Shown here: positions 27,938-37,478 of the stretch, one piece after another | Position numbering within the stretch: the first letter of the stretch is position 1 | How the letters are laid out: every line of letters begins with the position of its first letter | Virus record (IMG/VR): IMGVR_UViG_3300046462_000310 | Location: 5,737 to 69,736 of that record | Strand: one strand, 5' to 3' | DNA: 64,000 nucleotides | DNA from: a virus | Translations under genes and position numbers: made by a program | The notes under the pieces: generated by a model | The model's input: only the letters and a program-made list of their open reading frames with translations | Database searches by the model: none | Told to the model about the DNA's origin: nothing

Positions 27938-30287
27938 CCGGGTGCTGACCTTGATTCAATGGAGGCAACCCCGCCGTCTGTAGCACTCCGTTAATATCGT
28001 CCACGCTTACGGGCGCACCCGCCTTCATTAACGCCGCAAGCATCTGACCGACCGAACTCGGCTTGTCGTTGGACGGCTGGTTGGCCGACAAATCCACTGG
28101 TTGAACCATCTTGTCGGACTGGCTTATACCAAGGCCTTTTAATCGTTGGCGCACGTACGTAGCGACCTTTTGCTGCCATACGAACGGCAGATTGATAAAC
28201 CAATCCATGAGCTTCGTGGCAACGTCCCCTTGCTGCAGCGCCCGCTGTTCCTGCGTCCGTGACAACTCAAGCGTCACGTTCAATGCCAGCTCGCGCACCT
28301 CGCCCGGTTCCAACGAAAGAATCTCGTCGGCCTCGCCATTAAAGAAGCTAAACACTTCCGTACGATTCATGTTCGCGTAAATGATCTCGATAACCGATTG
28401 CAACGCGCCTTTTACGCCGGGGAATAAAGACGCCAGTATGAGTGAGAATAGTTCCTCGCCGCTCTCAGTAATGATGTTCTCTCCCGTAGCTGTCTCGCTG
28501 CTTGGCAGCCCGCTCATCTTCTGGTCGCCAGGGTTGATCTTCCCGCTCTTGAGCTGCATCGCCTGCATAAACAGATCGATCAGGTATTGCAAATTATCCT
28601 GGTCCGTCGGTAACACCACGTAACTCAGGATCTCTTCTGTCTTCTGCCCGACGTTACGCTTGGTGTAAGTCTTCCCGTGCTGCAGCTTCAGGTTGGGGTC
28701 ACGACTGCCTTCTACTGTCGCGCTAGGCTCCCAGAACGTTACCCTGCCGGCTCCGCTCGTGGCAAAGTTGTGGCGGTTAATCTGTAGATCGATGAACTCT
28801 TGTTCCGGGTCGAAGTACTCCATTGATCCGAAGCCATACCATCGACCATCTATGGCCATAGGGCGCCATACGTAAAAGGGCCGAAGCCCACGCACGGTCA
28901 CATTGGCCAAATACTCGTAATAGATCGGAGCCTTATGCTTTCGGTCGAGAACCAGCATGATCTCTTCCTGTATCCCGTCGTTGTCCGCGTCGTAGGTCAG
29001 GTACACTTCAGCCACTTCCACGATCGGCACTCCGACCGCGCCCGTGGTATCCGTCTCCTTGAAATCCACTCGCGGTTGTTCCGTGGCTGATTTCGGGATA
29101 TTGGTTTCGCCCAGCATTGCCCGCAGCCGTTCCACTGCCGCCGTCATGTTCGAGATCGCTTCGTCGCCTTCCCCGTACTGTCCGCGGAACATCTCCGCGA
29201 TTTGCATTGCGTTCTTATCGTAGAGATGCGCAATCAGATCGGCCTGTTGCACGTCCCCCGCCGATTCTGGGCACAGAAAATCTTTGTAATAGACGACCGC
29301 TGCCTCTGGACCTTCGAACGTCACTAGCCGCCGCGTGATCACCTGCTCTTTCCAGACTGGCTTCGGAGGTAGCTTCGTAACTCCGTCCCGCTTTAATACC
29401 TGGTTCCCGGTGGGAACTAACTGCTGGGCACTCTGATCAACCGCGCCAGGCTCCGGACCCGTAAAATAATTCTTCACCCTCTGTATAATTCCGGGATCGG
29501 GCGGTCCTATCTCTGGCATCCACGCGTCCCCTTCCACAATGTAATCCCCGTTGGCGTCCAGCATCGGAGCATCGATTGACGGCTTTCCGCTGTCATCCGG
29601 TCCACCCATCAGAATTGTGGCCGTCCGCTTGTAAATCTGTCCACGCTCCTGGTGCGTGACCTTTAGGACTGATTCACCACGCACAAAAGCGAACTCCAGT
29701 GCTTCAATGAAGTGGTCTTTTACGCTACGCTGTCCACTATCAGGTTGTGCTACTTTCCATCGGCTGTGCTTCTTCACCTTCTCCGAGAGCGTCTCGTCCT
29801 CGGAGCCCACCGCGCTGGTCGAAAACCAATCCGTGTCATCCGGTTTACCGAAAAAGAAATTGGTCGCACTGGCCACCATTTGTTTTGTGATCCTCTGCGA
29901 AAGCGAAGCCGTTAGATTCGATTCAGAGTAAATCGTATCCGGAGAAACACGGTCCTCGACATGATTGTAATATCGAAGCGTGTATTTCTCGCGTTTACCC
30001 ATGAACGAGTTCGGGTTATCGATCGACGCCCTGAGCGTTCCCTGCCCGCGCCCCGTCGTTCCCGTTTCCTTGATCTTGCGTCCGAGCTGATCTTCCAGTT
30101 GTTGCAACCGAAGAATGGCATGCTGCACCAGCGCGTCTTCCTGGTCGCGCGTCAGCACATACGAAGTCTTGAACGGCATCCGTGGCTCTTTCGGATCCTC
30201 TTCTTTCGCCGGCGGTAACTGCTCATCGCGTAGATTAGCAATCTGATCGGCTGCCTTCGGCGTTTCTTCGTTTACGTTTCCGGCCAT
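27867..30287 (-). CDS. Portal protein
   Basis: 806 aa; FVRGESVLKV, GRWYGFG, ETATG; position in the head module. Confidence 0.7.
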   Translation of the reverse strand: MAGNVNEETPKAADQIANLRDEQLPPAKEEDPKEPRMPFKTSYVLTRDQEDALVQHAILRLQQLEDQLGRKIKETGTTGRGQGTLRASIDNPNSFMGKREKYTLRYYNHVEDRVSPDTIYSESNLTASLSQRITKQMVASATNFFFGKPDDTDWFSTSAVGSEDETLSEKVKKHSRWKVAQPDSGQRSVKDHFIEALEFAFVRGESVLKVTHQERGQIYKRTATILMGGPDDSGKPSIDAPMLDANGDYIVEGDAWMPEIGPPDPGIIQRVKNYFTGPEPGAVDQSAQQLVPTGNQVLKRDGVTKLPPKPVWKEQVITRRLVTFEGPEAAVVYYKDFLCPESAGDVQQADLIAHLYDKNAMQIAEMFRGQYGEGDEAISNMTAAVERLRAMLGETNIPKSATEQPRVDFKETDTTGAVGVPIVEVAEVYLTYDADNDGIQEEIMLVLDRKHKAPIYYEYLANVTVRGLRPFYVWRPMAIDGRWYGFGSMEYFDPEQEFIDLQINRHNFATSGAGRVTFWEPSATVEGSRDPNLKLQHGKTYTKRNVGQKTEEILSYVVLPTDQDNLQYLIDLFMQAMQLKSGKINPGDQKMSGLPSSETATGENIITESGEELFSLILASLFPGVKGALQSVIEIIYANMNRTEVFSFFNGEADEILSLEPGEVRELALNVTLELSRTQEQRALQQGDVATKLMDWFINLPFVWQQKVATYVRQRLKGLGISQSDKMVQPVDLSANQPSNDKPSSVGQMLAALMKAGAPVSVDDINGVLQTAGLPPLNQGQHPDEPAAPPPPPEAPQDQGPPQSAV

Positions 30288-30643
30288 GTTATAGTAATCT
30301 CGGTTCGCTCTTCATTGAAGTGCGCGACTTGTTCTTGCTCTGTTTCGAGTTTGATGTGCCTCCACGAGTCATCCGGTATGAGGCCAGCACGTCTAAGGCC
30401 GTCGAGCAGATCCTTGGTGCTTCCGGCGAATCCATCAGGATCGAGCGGCCGGACGCGGTATCCTGTAAAGCTAACTCTAATGCGTCCCACGCTTTGTTTT
30501 TCTCCTTGTACTGCGCGGCCCAATGCTGGCGCTTGGTTACATTTAGGCTGGGGGTCCGGTATTTGACCGTTAGCTTTAAGTGTTGATTTGCTGGCATGTG
30601 GAAACATTTCCCTGAACCGGTCCGGAGACAGACTCAGTTCCAT
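30272..30643 (-). CDS. RusA-like Holliday junction resolvase (catalytic frame; start uncertain)
   Basis: RPLDPDG...KDLLDGL...LIPDDS. Confidence 0.7.
   Translation of the reverse strand: MELSLSPDRFREMFPHASKSTLKANGQIPDPQPKCNQAPALGRAVQGEKQSVGRIRVSFTGYRVRPLDPDGFAGSTKDLLDGLRRAGLIPDDSWRHIKLETEQEQVAHFNEERTEITITWPET
30289..30597 (-). CDS. Overlapping frame carrying a RusA-like N-terminal motif
   Basis: LTVKYRTPSLN...HW...EKNKAW. Confidence 0.45.
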   Translation of the reverse strand: MPANQHLKLTVKYRTPSLNVTKRQHWAAQYKEKNKAWDALELALQDTASGRSILMDSPEAPRICSTALDVLASYRMTRGGTSNSKQSKNKSRTSMKSEPRLL

Positions 30644-30970
30644 TGTCACGGGGGAACCTCCCCAAGCATGGTATAATTGGCCTGAATCATCAGGAGCCTG
30701 GAAACATCGCCCGAAGTCAGTTTCATCGCGTATTTCCGACACAAATCGTCAAGATCAGCGTAAAACCGCTCAGCGTCAGCGTCGTATGTATCCTCCGTGG
30801 TGACGGACTCTGATTCGTGACCATTCGCGTCCATTAGTGGTTAAAAAAGAGGCCGGCGCGACGAGCGCATCCTGATAAATGAAGGGACAACCGGCAAAGC
30901 GTTTGCCCAAACCCTTGTCCATCGGGATCTCCCCGAGGCTCTACACTTGGTTTCATCGCGCCAGCCATAT

Positions 30971-32152
30971 TCAAATCGAACCTATACGACAGCGATCCGC
31001 TGTCATCAACATCCTTTCTCCCAGCCACCTCGCCACCGGCACCGTCACCGCGTTCCCCAGCATCCGGTATCGTGCGCTGTCGCTGATCTCTTTTCCGTCC
31101 TGATCCCATCGTGTCCAATCGTCAGGGAACCCCTGTAAACGCTCGCACTCACGCGGAGTAAGCCGGCGCACCGACATGCCGACTCTGGCAAACTGGTAAT
31201 TATGTTCCGCTCCCGCGCGTAACGCCTGAGCTGACGGATTCTCAAGTTTACCTCCGCCACTGGCCCATTGAACTATCGCCGCCTGTCCACCACCGTCGAT
31301 GTGCGACTTATCAAAATTCATTGAGCGCAACGTAGGTGATTTGTCATTCTGCGCGTCCGCACCGTGATCTTTCGAACTGAATCCCACTACCAGATCTGTA
31401 GCGTCCTTGTAATCCCGTTCCTTTAGCGTCGATGCAGATCCATCGTCAACGTACTCGCCAAAGGCCGTCATTCGGGCCGAAGAGATATAGGTCTGGTCGC
31501 TCCCGTCGTTGTATCCGTCGCGACCGCTGTTAAGGCACAGCGCAACATCTCTGGTAGCACTTTCCCTCTTTTCTCTGCTCGGCGGAGTATCCCCGCGCAC
31601 GCTTTCCGGCTCAAAAAGTATTTCGGCGCAACTTCCGTTTCCAAGACTGCCGATAATGAACACACGCTCGCGCCGTTGCGCCACGCCGCGGTATTGAGAA
31701 TCAAGCACTGTCCATGCGACGCTATACCCGAGTTCTTCCAACCCTCGAATGACGGTGAGGAAATCGCGGCCTCCGTTAGAGCTAAGAAGGCCGGGGACGT
31801 TTTCGATTTCGACGAACTCCGGCGTAAACTCTGTAACAATGCGGCGGAACTCATGCCAGAGTCCGCTTCGCGCTCCAGCCAGGCCCGCGCGTCTGCCTGC
31901 CACGGATAAGTCCTGGCACGGAAATCCCCCGCAAATAACATCAACTCGCTCGAATCGGTCTCGTGTGACTTCTTCGACGAGTTCACCGCGAGACCTCTCC
32001 GGCCAATGTCGTCGGAGAACTCGGTTACAATATTTGTCGCGTTCGACTTGCCATTTACACTCGAGTCCAGCTTGTTCGTGTCCGAGATCGAATCCCCCGA
32101 TTCCAGTGAAGAGGCTTCCATAAGTCAGTGACGGCGTTTCGCTGTCATTCAT
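30971..32152 (-). CDS. dcm: C5-cytosine DNA methyltransferase
   Basis: SLFTGIGG, GGFPCQD, ENV, QRRERVF, RRLTPRECERLQGFP, GNAV. Confidence 0.93.
   Translation of the reverse strand: MNDSETPSLTYGSLFTGIGGFDLGHEQAGLECKWQVERDKYCNRVLRRHWPERSRGELVEEVTRDRFERVDVICGGFPCQDLSVAGRRAGLAGARSGLWHEFRRIVTEFTPEFVEIENVPGLLSSNGGRDFLTVIRGLEELGYSVAWTVLDSQYRGVAQRRERVFIIGSLGNGSCAEILFEPESVRGDTPPSREKRESATRDVALCLNSGRDGYNDGSDQTYISSARMTAFGEYVDDGSASTLKERDYKDATDLVVGFSSKDHGADAQNDKSPTLRSMNFDKSHIDGGGQAAIVQWASGGGKLENPSAQALRAGAEHNYQFARVGMSVRRLTPRECERLQGFPDDWTRWDQDGKEISDSARYRMLGNAVTVPVARWLGERMLMTADRCRIGSI
30988..31004. promoter_or_regulatory. Dyad operator, perfect copy
   Basis: GACAGCG-ATC-CGCTGTC at the dcm 3' end. Confidence 0.7.
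31468..31941 (-). CDS. Nested alternative-frame methyltransferase subunit (M.EcoHK31I beta-like); start uncertain
   Basis: CSLSAVLET...KYFLSRKACAGILRRAEKRGKVLP..L..AL. Confidence 0.65.
   Translation of the reverse strand: MLFAGDFRARTYPWQADARAWLEREADSGMSSAALLQSLRRSSSKSKTSPAFLALTEAAISSPSFEGWKNSGIASHGQCLILNTAAWRNGASVCSLSAVLETEVAPKYFLSRKACAGILRRAEKRGKVLPEMLRCALTAVATDTTTGATRPISLRPE
32130..32146. promoter_or_regulatory. Dyad over the first codons of dcm
   Basis: GACGGCG-TTT-CGCTGTC. Confidence 0.55.
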
Positions 32153-32859
32153 CCGATGTATTGCGCGTTCTCCCGCTCGATCACGCTGTTCCGGTTGATC
32201 CGCCACTGGTCCATCTCTTGAATCAAGGGGTGGCCCAGCCCTAGCGCGATCCAGCACGGCGCCGATTGGTTGCCAATAAAGATGTCGCTGCCGAGTATCA
32301 GGCCCGCGACCTGCAGGAGATCCGACGTTGGCGCATAAATCACCTTGCAATCGTGCGTCTGGAAATTAGCCCACTCTTCCTGCAAACCTACGAACACCGC
32401 CGGCGAATGATCTTGGACCCTTGCCTTCCAATCGAATCCAGTGTTCTGGTATCTAAGGCTGCGCGCGAACACCGCTTTGTGCCAACTCGCGTTATTATCG
32501 GGAGTCGCCTTCAGCCACGGCGACAAATCCACGTCCGTAACCCCGAACCAATTCGCCTGCCATGTAGCCAGGTTGTAACCCAATTCCCCGCACCGCGGCC
32601 CCTGCGGTGGCGGCTTGGTCCTGAAATGGTGGAAGTCATGTGAAATCCCGCTCGGATCATCCTGATGCACCACTTCCGTGATGTATTCCTGTGCCGCGAG
32701 CAACGGCGCAATCACGTCAAATCGCGCCTTCGTCATCGGCTCACGAGCACCGACGCCGTTGCGATTGCCGAGAATTAGGCGACCACCCCCAAGCTGACGA
32801 ATCGTTGGAAGACAGGCAATGCAGTCACCCATGTCGCCGGAATGAAAAGCCGTGATCAT
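32149..32859 (-). CDS. Short GT9-like glycosyltransferase
   Basis: HSGDMGDCIACLP, FIGNQSAP. Confidence 0.7.
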   Translation of the reverse strand: MITAFHSGDMGDCIACLPTIRQLGGGRLILGNRNGVGAREPMTKARFDVIAPLLAAQEYITEVVHQDDPSGISHDFHHFRTKPPPQGPRCGELGYNLATWQANWFGVTDVDLSPWLKATPDNNASWHKAVFARSLRYQNTGFDWKARVQDHSPAVFVGLQEEWANFQTHDCKVIYAPTSDLLQVAGLILGSDIFIGNQSAPCWIALGLGHPLIQEMDQWRINRNSVIERENAQYIG

Positions 32860-32866
32860 CGTGGAT

Positions 32867-32883
32867 GACTGCGTTTCGCTGTC
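32867..32883. promoter_or_regulatory. Dyad upstream of the GT gene
   Basis: GACTGCG-TTT-CGCTGTC. Confidence 0.6.
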
Positions 32884-33030
32884 AGCACTTCTTTAACCAA
32901 AATGTTCTGTTGCGCCAACCGATGCTTCTCATTCTCTTCACTGGTCCCATCCCAAATGTCGCCGTTGGGATACAATCGAACCCACCAGTATCGCGCCTTA
33001 CGTTTGCCGCGTCCTCTCATTGTCTTGGGA

Positions 33031-33309
33031 CTACCACAGCCTGCGCCTTCCTCGATCATAATCAGCGAGACCGTCTTTGAAGTATTTGCCCGTGGCGCTA
33101 TCCCTAAGCTTTACATCAATATGTGCATTTTGCGGCCAGTGCGAACCGATTCCTTTTTCTTCTTCGAGATAGATACACTCCAGTGCATCGCATAGCCTCT
33201 TTTGCGTTTCTACTGAGCAGCTTTGGAGGAGGGTCCTGGGCAGGACCAGATAATTAGCGTAGCTCAACCCAAAGAAATCGTGAACAGGAGATTCGGATTC
33301 GGGTATCAT
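33031..33309 (-). CDS. Small phage hypothetical protein
   Basis: FGLSYANYLVLPRTLLQS motif. Confidence 0.55.
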   Translation of the reverse strand: MIPESESPVHDFFGLSYANYLVLPRTLLQSCSVETQKRLCDALECIYLEEEKGIGSHWPQNAHIDVKLRDSATGKYFKDGLADYDRGRRRLW

Positions 33310-34013
33310 TTTAGCTTCAGGTGCCCGAGAATCAGCGGCAACCATTCTTCCTTTCCGCCCCCGTTGACATGGAAGGCAATCGGCGCACTCCCCGTCTCCC
33401 GATTCCTGATCAGCGGTTCACTGAAATCAAGTTCCTCTTGCTTGACGTTGCATAATGTTTGGCAAATCTCCGCGCGCGTATCGATCGCCATCCCGAGCTC
33501 CGAGTGGTTATCGACGAAAAACTGTTGCCATATCACCTGATCATTCGGTTGCACCCAACTTCCGTCCGGTAACTGGTAGTCGTCTTTGATCTGGTCTGCG
33601 TTTAGGAGCTTGAGACACAACCGGAACGTGCCCACGTCTCCAACAATGAATCCGCTGTTAAGAAACTTGTAAGACGTTTCAGACTTCGGATGCCCGCTTT
33701 CAATCTCGGGGTTGGGCGGCCATATCGCGCGTTCGGAGTTAAACACGATACGACGACCAGGACGGATGGCCTTGAGGCACAAAACAGGGTCTTGTTGGAA
33801 CACCACATCGAACGAATCACAGAAAATCATGCACCCTTCGGATGGCGTAGCATCCAGATATTGATTCAACATCCGCAGTTTGCTGCCGAGTCCGCCATAA
33901 CCTTCCCGGAGCACAATCGGCTCATGCCCGAATCGCCGGCAGGATTCCATGAACGCGTTGAAACAGTAATACGGCTCTTTCGGCTCCCGGCTGGCAATAG
34001 TGATCATCTTCAT
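33306..34013 (-). CDS. GT-A glycosyltransferase resembling the PLOD/LH3 GT domain
   Basis: IFCDSFDV (DxxD), FNSE..WP, FLNSG, DQ, HVNG. Confidence 0.75.
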   Translation of the reverse strand: MKMITIASREPKEPYYCFNAFMESCRRFGHEPIVLREGYGGLGSKLRMLNQYLDATPSEGCMIFCDSFDVVFQQDPVLCLKAIRPGRRIVFNSERAIWPPNPEIESGHPKSETSYKFLNSGFIVGDVGTFRLCLKLLNADQIKDDYQLPDGSWVQPNDQVIWQQFFVDNHSELGMAIDTRAEICQTLCNVKQEELDFSEPLIRNRETGSAPIAFHVNGGGKEEWLPLILGHLKLK

Positions 34014-34993
34014 TTCGCTACAAACTTCTCGATGAGGTCCACCACGTAATTGCTTCGAGCCTCCAGCGAGTAATGCCGGCGCATGTGTTCTGCGCCGTTC
34101 ACGTAGATGGAGTAAAGAAGGTCCGGATTGCTGACTACGGACAGAATCTTGTCCACGTCAGCCCGCGAAATCGCGCCATCGTAATCGCCCACTTCGACCA
34201 TGTGCACCATGTCCTCACGCGGAAACGGCAACCGGTGGTCGCTCTTAACCCTCAACATCGGCGCCACCGTGATCAGTTTTAACGGCCGCTCGCTCCCCAG
34301 GCTGGCGTCAGCTTCCAGGAAGAGCTTCGCCTGCCGATGCCGGTCCATCCAAACGTGATAATCCAGGCGGCGATAACTCGGGACAATCTCGCAATCCAGT
34401 TTTAACCGGCCATCCCGGTAAAGATCGATCATCGCCACCGCGCGCGTAAGTCCGATGTTGGTCAACCCGCATACATCGAACGGCCGCGCACACAATTCCT
34501 CTTTCGAGACCAGCGGGAAATCTTCCATCATTGGGTGCTCAATCGGATGCACCCATGACGGGTAATCCTGATGGATCTGCATCTTGCGCATCAGATAAAG
34601 GAGCGGGTTATTACCTCTTGAAACGTTCCAACCAAACCATGCGAAGTCGTGGCGATCGAAATCGTATGATTTCATATCCGCCCAGTCGTCGGTCCCCGGC
34701 CAACGTCCGTGTGACGTATTGCTGCCCGCGTGGTCAAAATGGTCGAACCACACAACGGGCAGATTCTTGTGCAGCGCGAATTGGAGTACCGTTCGGTCGT
34801 AAGGCGATGTGCCGCGTTCAATGTTCCAGCAGTCGCTATTGAACAGAATAAGGTCACACTCCTGTATCTGATCGTATGTTAGGTTGGTATGCCCACGTTC
34901 GATTAGTCTTGCTTCCAAGTGTGCGAAGTGATCTGGCTCGTGACCTCGAGGTCGATCATCGTACCCTAATGGATGGACTATTAGAAATTTCAT
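34010..34993 (-). CDS. Putative GT-B glycosyltransferase, paralogue of 35908-36927
   Basis: YLMRK...PIEHP; C-terminal LLYSIYVNG...HYS. Confidence 0.55.
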   Translation of the reverse strand: MKFLIVHPLGYDDRPRGHEPDHFAHLEARLIERGHTNLTYDQIQECDLILFNSDCWNIERGTSPYDRTVLQFALHKNLPVVWFDHFDHAGSNTSHGRWPGTDDWADMKSYDFDRHDFAWFGWNVSRGNNPLLYLMRKMQIHQDYPSWVHPIEHPMMEDFPLVSKEELCARPFDVCGLTNIGLTRAVAMIDLYRDGRLKLDCEIVPSYRRLDYHVWMDRHRQAKLFLEADASLGSERPLKLITVAPMLRVKSDHRLPFPREDMVHMVEVGDYDGAISRADVDKILSVVSNPDLLYSIYVNGAEHMRRHYSLEARSNYVVDLIEKFVAK

Positions 34994-34994
34994 C

Positions 34995-35609
34995 TCAGCG
35001 CAGATACAGCACGTCTTCCTGAATCAACTCCCGCGAGATCGGATGCACGATGTCGCCAAGTTTTTCAGCTAAATGAAATCCGTGCTCGTACATGAACGAG
35101 TCGACCTCGGCAGCCGGCGGAGCACCTTCGTTGTAATTCGTGTGCGCGACTTCCAATACCACGGCATCAGCCTGTCCCAAGGTTTTTAAGCCTCCACGCA
35201 TGATGTCCAGTTCGCTTCCCTGCGTGTCGATCTTGAGAAGTATCGGTAATCCCGTAGTAAAAGGACCCAAGGCTAGATCAAGTGTCGTGGCCCAACGCTT
35301 ATGTTCTACGGCTTTATCGCCTTCGAAAAATGGAGTGTTTTCCCTGTAGTAACTACATCCGGTGGCGGTAGCGCAATCACGCATTGTGAAAAAAGTTACC
35401 TCCCGATGGTGATCACTCAGGAGCGAGATTAAAATATACGGGAAACCCGCTTCCCTGAGTGCTGGTTCACATTCCAGGTTAGCTTCGATCAATATAAAGT
35501 CTGCGTCCGGCCAAACAGACTTCGCCTCCTTAGACCAGTCACCGAGACGAGCGCCTACATCAATCACTACCGCGGGCGTGATGTGTTTCTTGATCAGATC
35601 GAAATTCAT
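34995..35609 (-). CDS. FkbM-family SAM methyltransferase
   Basis: IDVGA..G, IEAN, TTLD, LLKIDTQGSELDIMRG. Confidence 0.9.
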   Translation of the reverse strand: MNFDLIKKHITPAVVIDVGARLGDWSKEAKSVWPDADFILIEANLECEPALREAGFPYILISLLSDHHREVTFFTMRDCATATGCSYYRENTPFFEGDKAVEHKRWATTLDLALGPFTTGLPILLKIDTQGSELDIMRGGLKTLGQADAVVLEVAHTNYNEGAPPAAEVDSFMYEHGFHLAEKLGDIVHPISRELIQEDVLYLR

Positions 35610-35911
35610 TCAACTTCCCTTATGGCCAGGTGCCAACTCCCGTCAGTCCATTGCTGCTCGAGAACCGTAGTGAAATTCGTTTCTGCAACTTTGCGTATGG
35701 CGTATCGAATCTTAGCTGTGGGTTCAACGCTGATTGGTCCGGCTTTATGCCATGTAGCGTCAAGCAACGCTTGTTTCTCTTGAATCAGTTGCGACAGATG
35801 TGCCATAGTTTTTCGATGTGCACGCTTTAGCTCGGTCATCTGATTCTTGAGGGATTGCACCTCATCACTTCGGTGAGTTCGCCTGATTTTGGTTTTTGTT
35901 TTCTTTTTCAT
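35606..35911 (-). CDS. Hypothetical protein
   Basis: Coupled ORF with a coiled coil. Confidence 0.5.
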   Translation of the reverse strand: MKKKTKTKIRRTHRSDEVQSLKNQMTELKRAHRKTMAHLSQLIQEKQALLDATWHKAGPISVEPTAKIRYAIRKVAETNFTTVLEQQWTDGSWHLAIREVE

Positions 35912-36927
35912 TCTTCTATTTTAGGCATCGCGCCCTCAATCAACGGCAGCACATAATCCCGCACATAAGCCGGCCCCCGATACCGAGCCACGGTCTCTTG
36001 GCTGCGCTTGTAAATCTCATAGAGATCTGCCCGTTTCGTCGCTGCGTTCAAATCCTCAAACAGATTGTCCGGCCCTAACCGGATGCAATTCTCGCCGTGC
36101 ACCCACGGTATTCCCCAGGCCAACCGATCTTCCGGGAGCGCCATGATAGATTCACACGGGCTTTCAGTGTGACGGAAGCATTTTACTCCGCACCCAGGTA
36201 AAGCCACGCTCAACTTCGCCCTGCGCTGATAGAACAATAGGTCTGTGATCGACACTCTAGAATAATAAGGAGCAAAAACTGTCATCCATGCCCGCGTGTG
36301 CGGATGATCCCGGATAAATGGTTCGAACTGACTGGCTTCACTGATCATTCCGATCCCGTTGTTCATCGCGTGAAAAATATCCCCGTGCAGCTTCGGCCGC
36401 ATCGGGTTAGAGAAACCCCAGTTGTTAAACACCTGCAGAACGCGATTGTTGAACTCGTCCTCGCTTTGCATTGGCATGTCAGGCAAATAGCAAGGCCACT
36501 CTATAGGTACAACCTTATCGTTCGCGTCCTTAGAGAGCAGTTCCCGCTTAAAGTAAACCAATGGCGGATGATTCCGCATCCATTCGTGTAACGGATGCCA
36601 ATTAGGATTCAGCCAGGGACATTCAAGAGTGTTCACTCCAAACAACTGCGTTTCGTCTTTCTGGTCGAAGTAACACCATTCCAGTTCAGTGAAATCTAGA
36701 AATACGTACGGCTTTTTGGACTCCGCGATGTCGTAAATTCGGGGATTAAACTTGTAGTCATGGAAGAAACTAACGACTATTACGGCGATGTCGGCAGGTG
36801 CCAGGTTGGTCGTGACCTCCGGGAAATGGTTCAAAAGATTGCATTGAATTGATCCGTCAATTCTCCCCCGATCATCTGCGCTCACGATGAAGGACTTCAC
36901 TATGATTTTCTCCTTCCGCTGTGCCAT
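35908..36927 (-). CDS. Exostosin (GT47)-like glycosyltransferase
   Basis: YFKREL, PIEWP, LSVALPGCGVKCFRHTE. Confidence 0.65.
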   Translation of the reverse strand: MAQRKEKIIVKSFIVSADDRGRIDGSIQCNLLNHFPEVTTNLAPADIAVIVVSFFHDYKFNPRIYDIAESKKPYVFLDFTELEWCYFDQKDETQLFGVNTLECPWLNPNWHPLHEWMRNHPPLVYFKRELLSKDANDKVVPIEWPCYLPDMPMQSEDEFNNRVLQVFNNWGFSNPMRPKLHGDIFHAMNNGIGMISEASQFEPFIRDHPHTRAWMTVFAPYYSRVSITDLLFYQRRAKLSVALPGCGVKCFRHTESPCESIMALPEDRLAWGIPWVHGENCIRLGPDNLFEDLNAATKRADLYEIYKRSQETVARYRGPAYVRDYVLPLIEGAMPKIEE

Positions 36928-37478
36928 ACTCGGCCGTCGGGCTCGCTTCCGTAAAGCGCGATTGCGTTTTCCACGGACAATCCACGAGATTTGACTTTAT
37001 CGTGCAACCAGTCGTACGGGATTCCGTTATCACGGGCGAGTGAAGCTATTGATGGCTTGCGTGATAGAATCCGAGACGCATCCAGTCCTCGATGGAATCG
37101 TTCGTGAATGGTAACAACGGGCAGGTTTACTTTCTTTGCCCACTGGGCGAGCGTTAATGTCTCTCCCCGAAACGTAAATCGTATATTCTTGCGACTGTTA
37201 TTGGCCTGAACTAAACGGCTTTCCCATCTGCAATTCGACGGCGAATACCCTAGGTCGTTATTGATGCGCTCAATGGTTAGTCCTGGCTTCCATGACGATC
37301 CCATGTCCTCTAGGAAATTCTCGAACCTGCTCCACCGGTCGCAAATTGTGATACCACGCCCACCGTAGTAGGAAAAACAAGTGTTATTGGGATTACGGCA
37401 TCTCTGGCGCATATTAAGCCAAGTGGCATAAATCGGATGTGTCGCCTTTCTGCGAGAAAAACCGTGCCTCGTTGTCAT
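36900..37478 (-). CDS. HNH homing endonuclease
   Basis: WLNMRQRC..YGGRGI..W..FENF..DMG..TIERINND..Y.PSNCRW. Confidence 0.85.
   Translation of the reverse strand: MTTRHGFSRRKATHPIYATWLNMRQRCRNPNNTCFSYYGGRGITICDRWSRFENFLEDMGSSWKPGLTIERINNDLGYSPSNCRWESRLVQANNSRKNIRFTFRGETLTLAQWAKKVNLPVVTIHERFHRGLDASRILSRKPSIASLARDNGIPYDWLHDKVKSRGLSVENAIALYGSEPDGRVWHSGRRKS

Noticed and set aside
29578-29594. Weak dyad GACGGCT-TTC-CGCTGTC inside the portal gene
   Set aside because: Two asymmetric mismatches and no nearby downstream start; may be chance
32153-32350. Upstream extension of dcm in the ORF track
   Set aside because: It overlaps the GT gene; motif I begins just after the ATG at 32152
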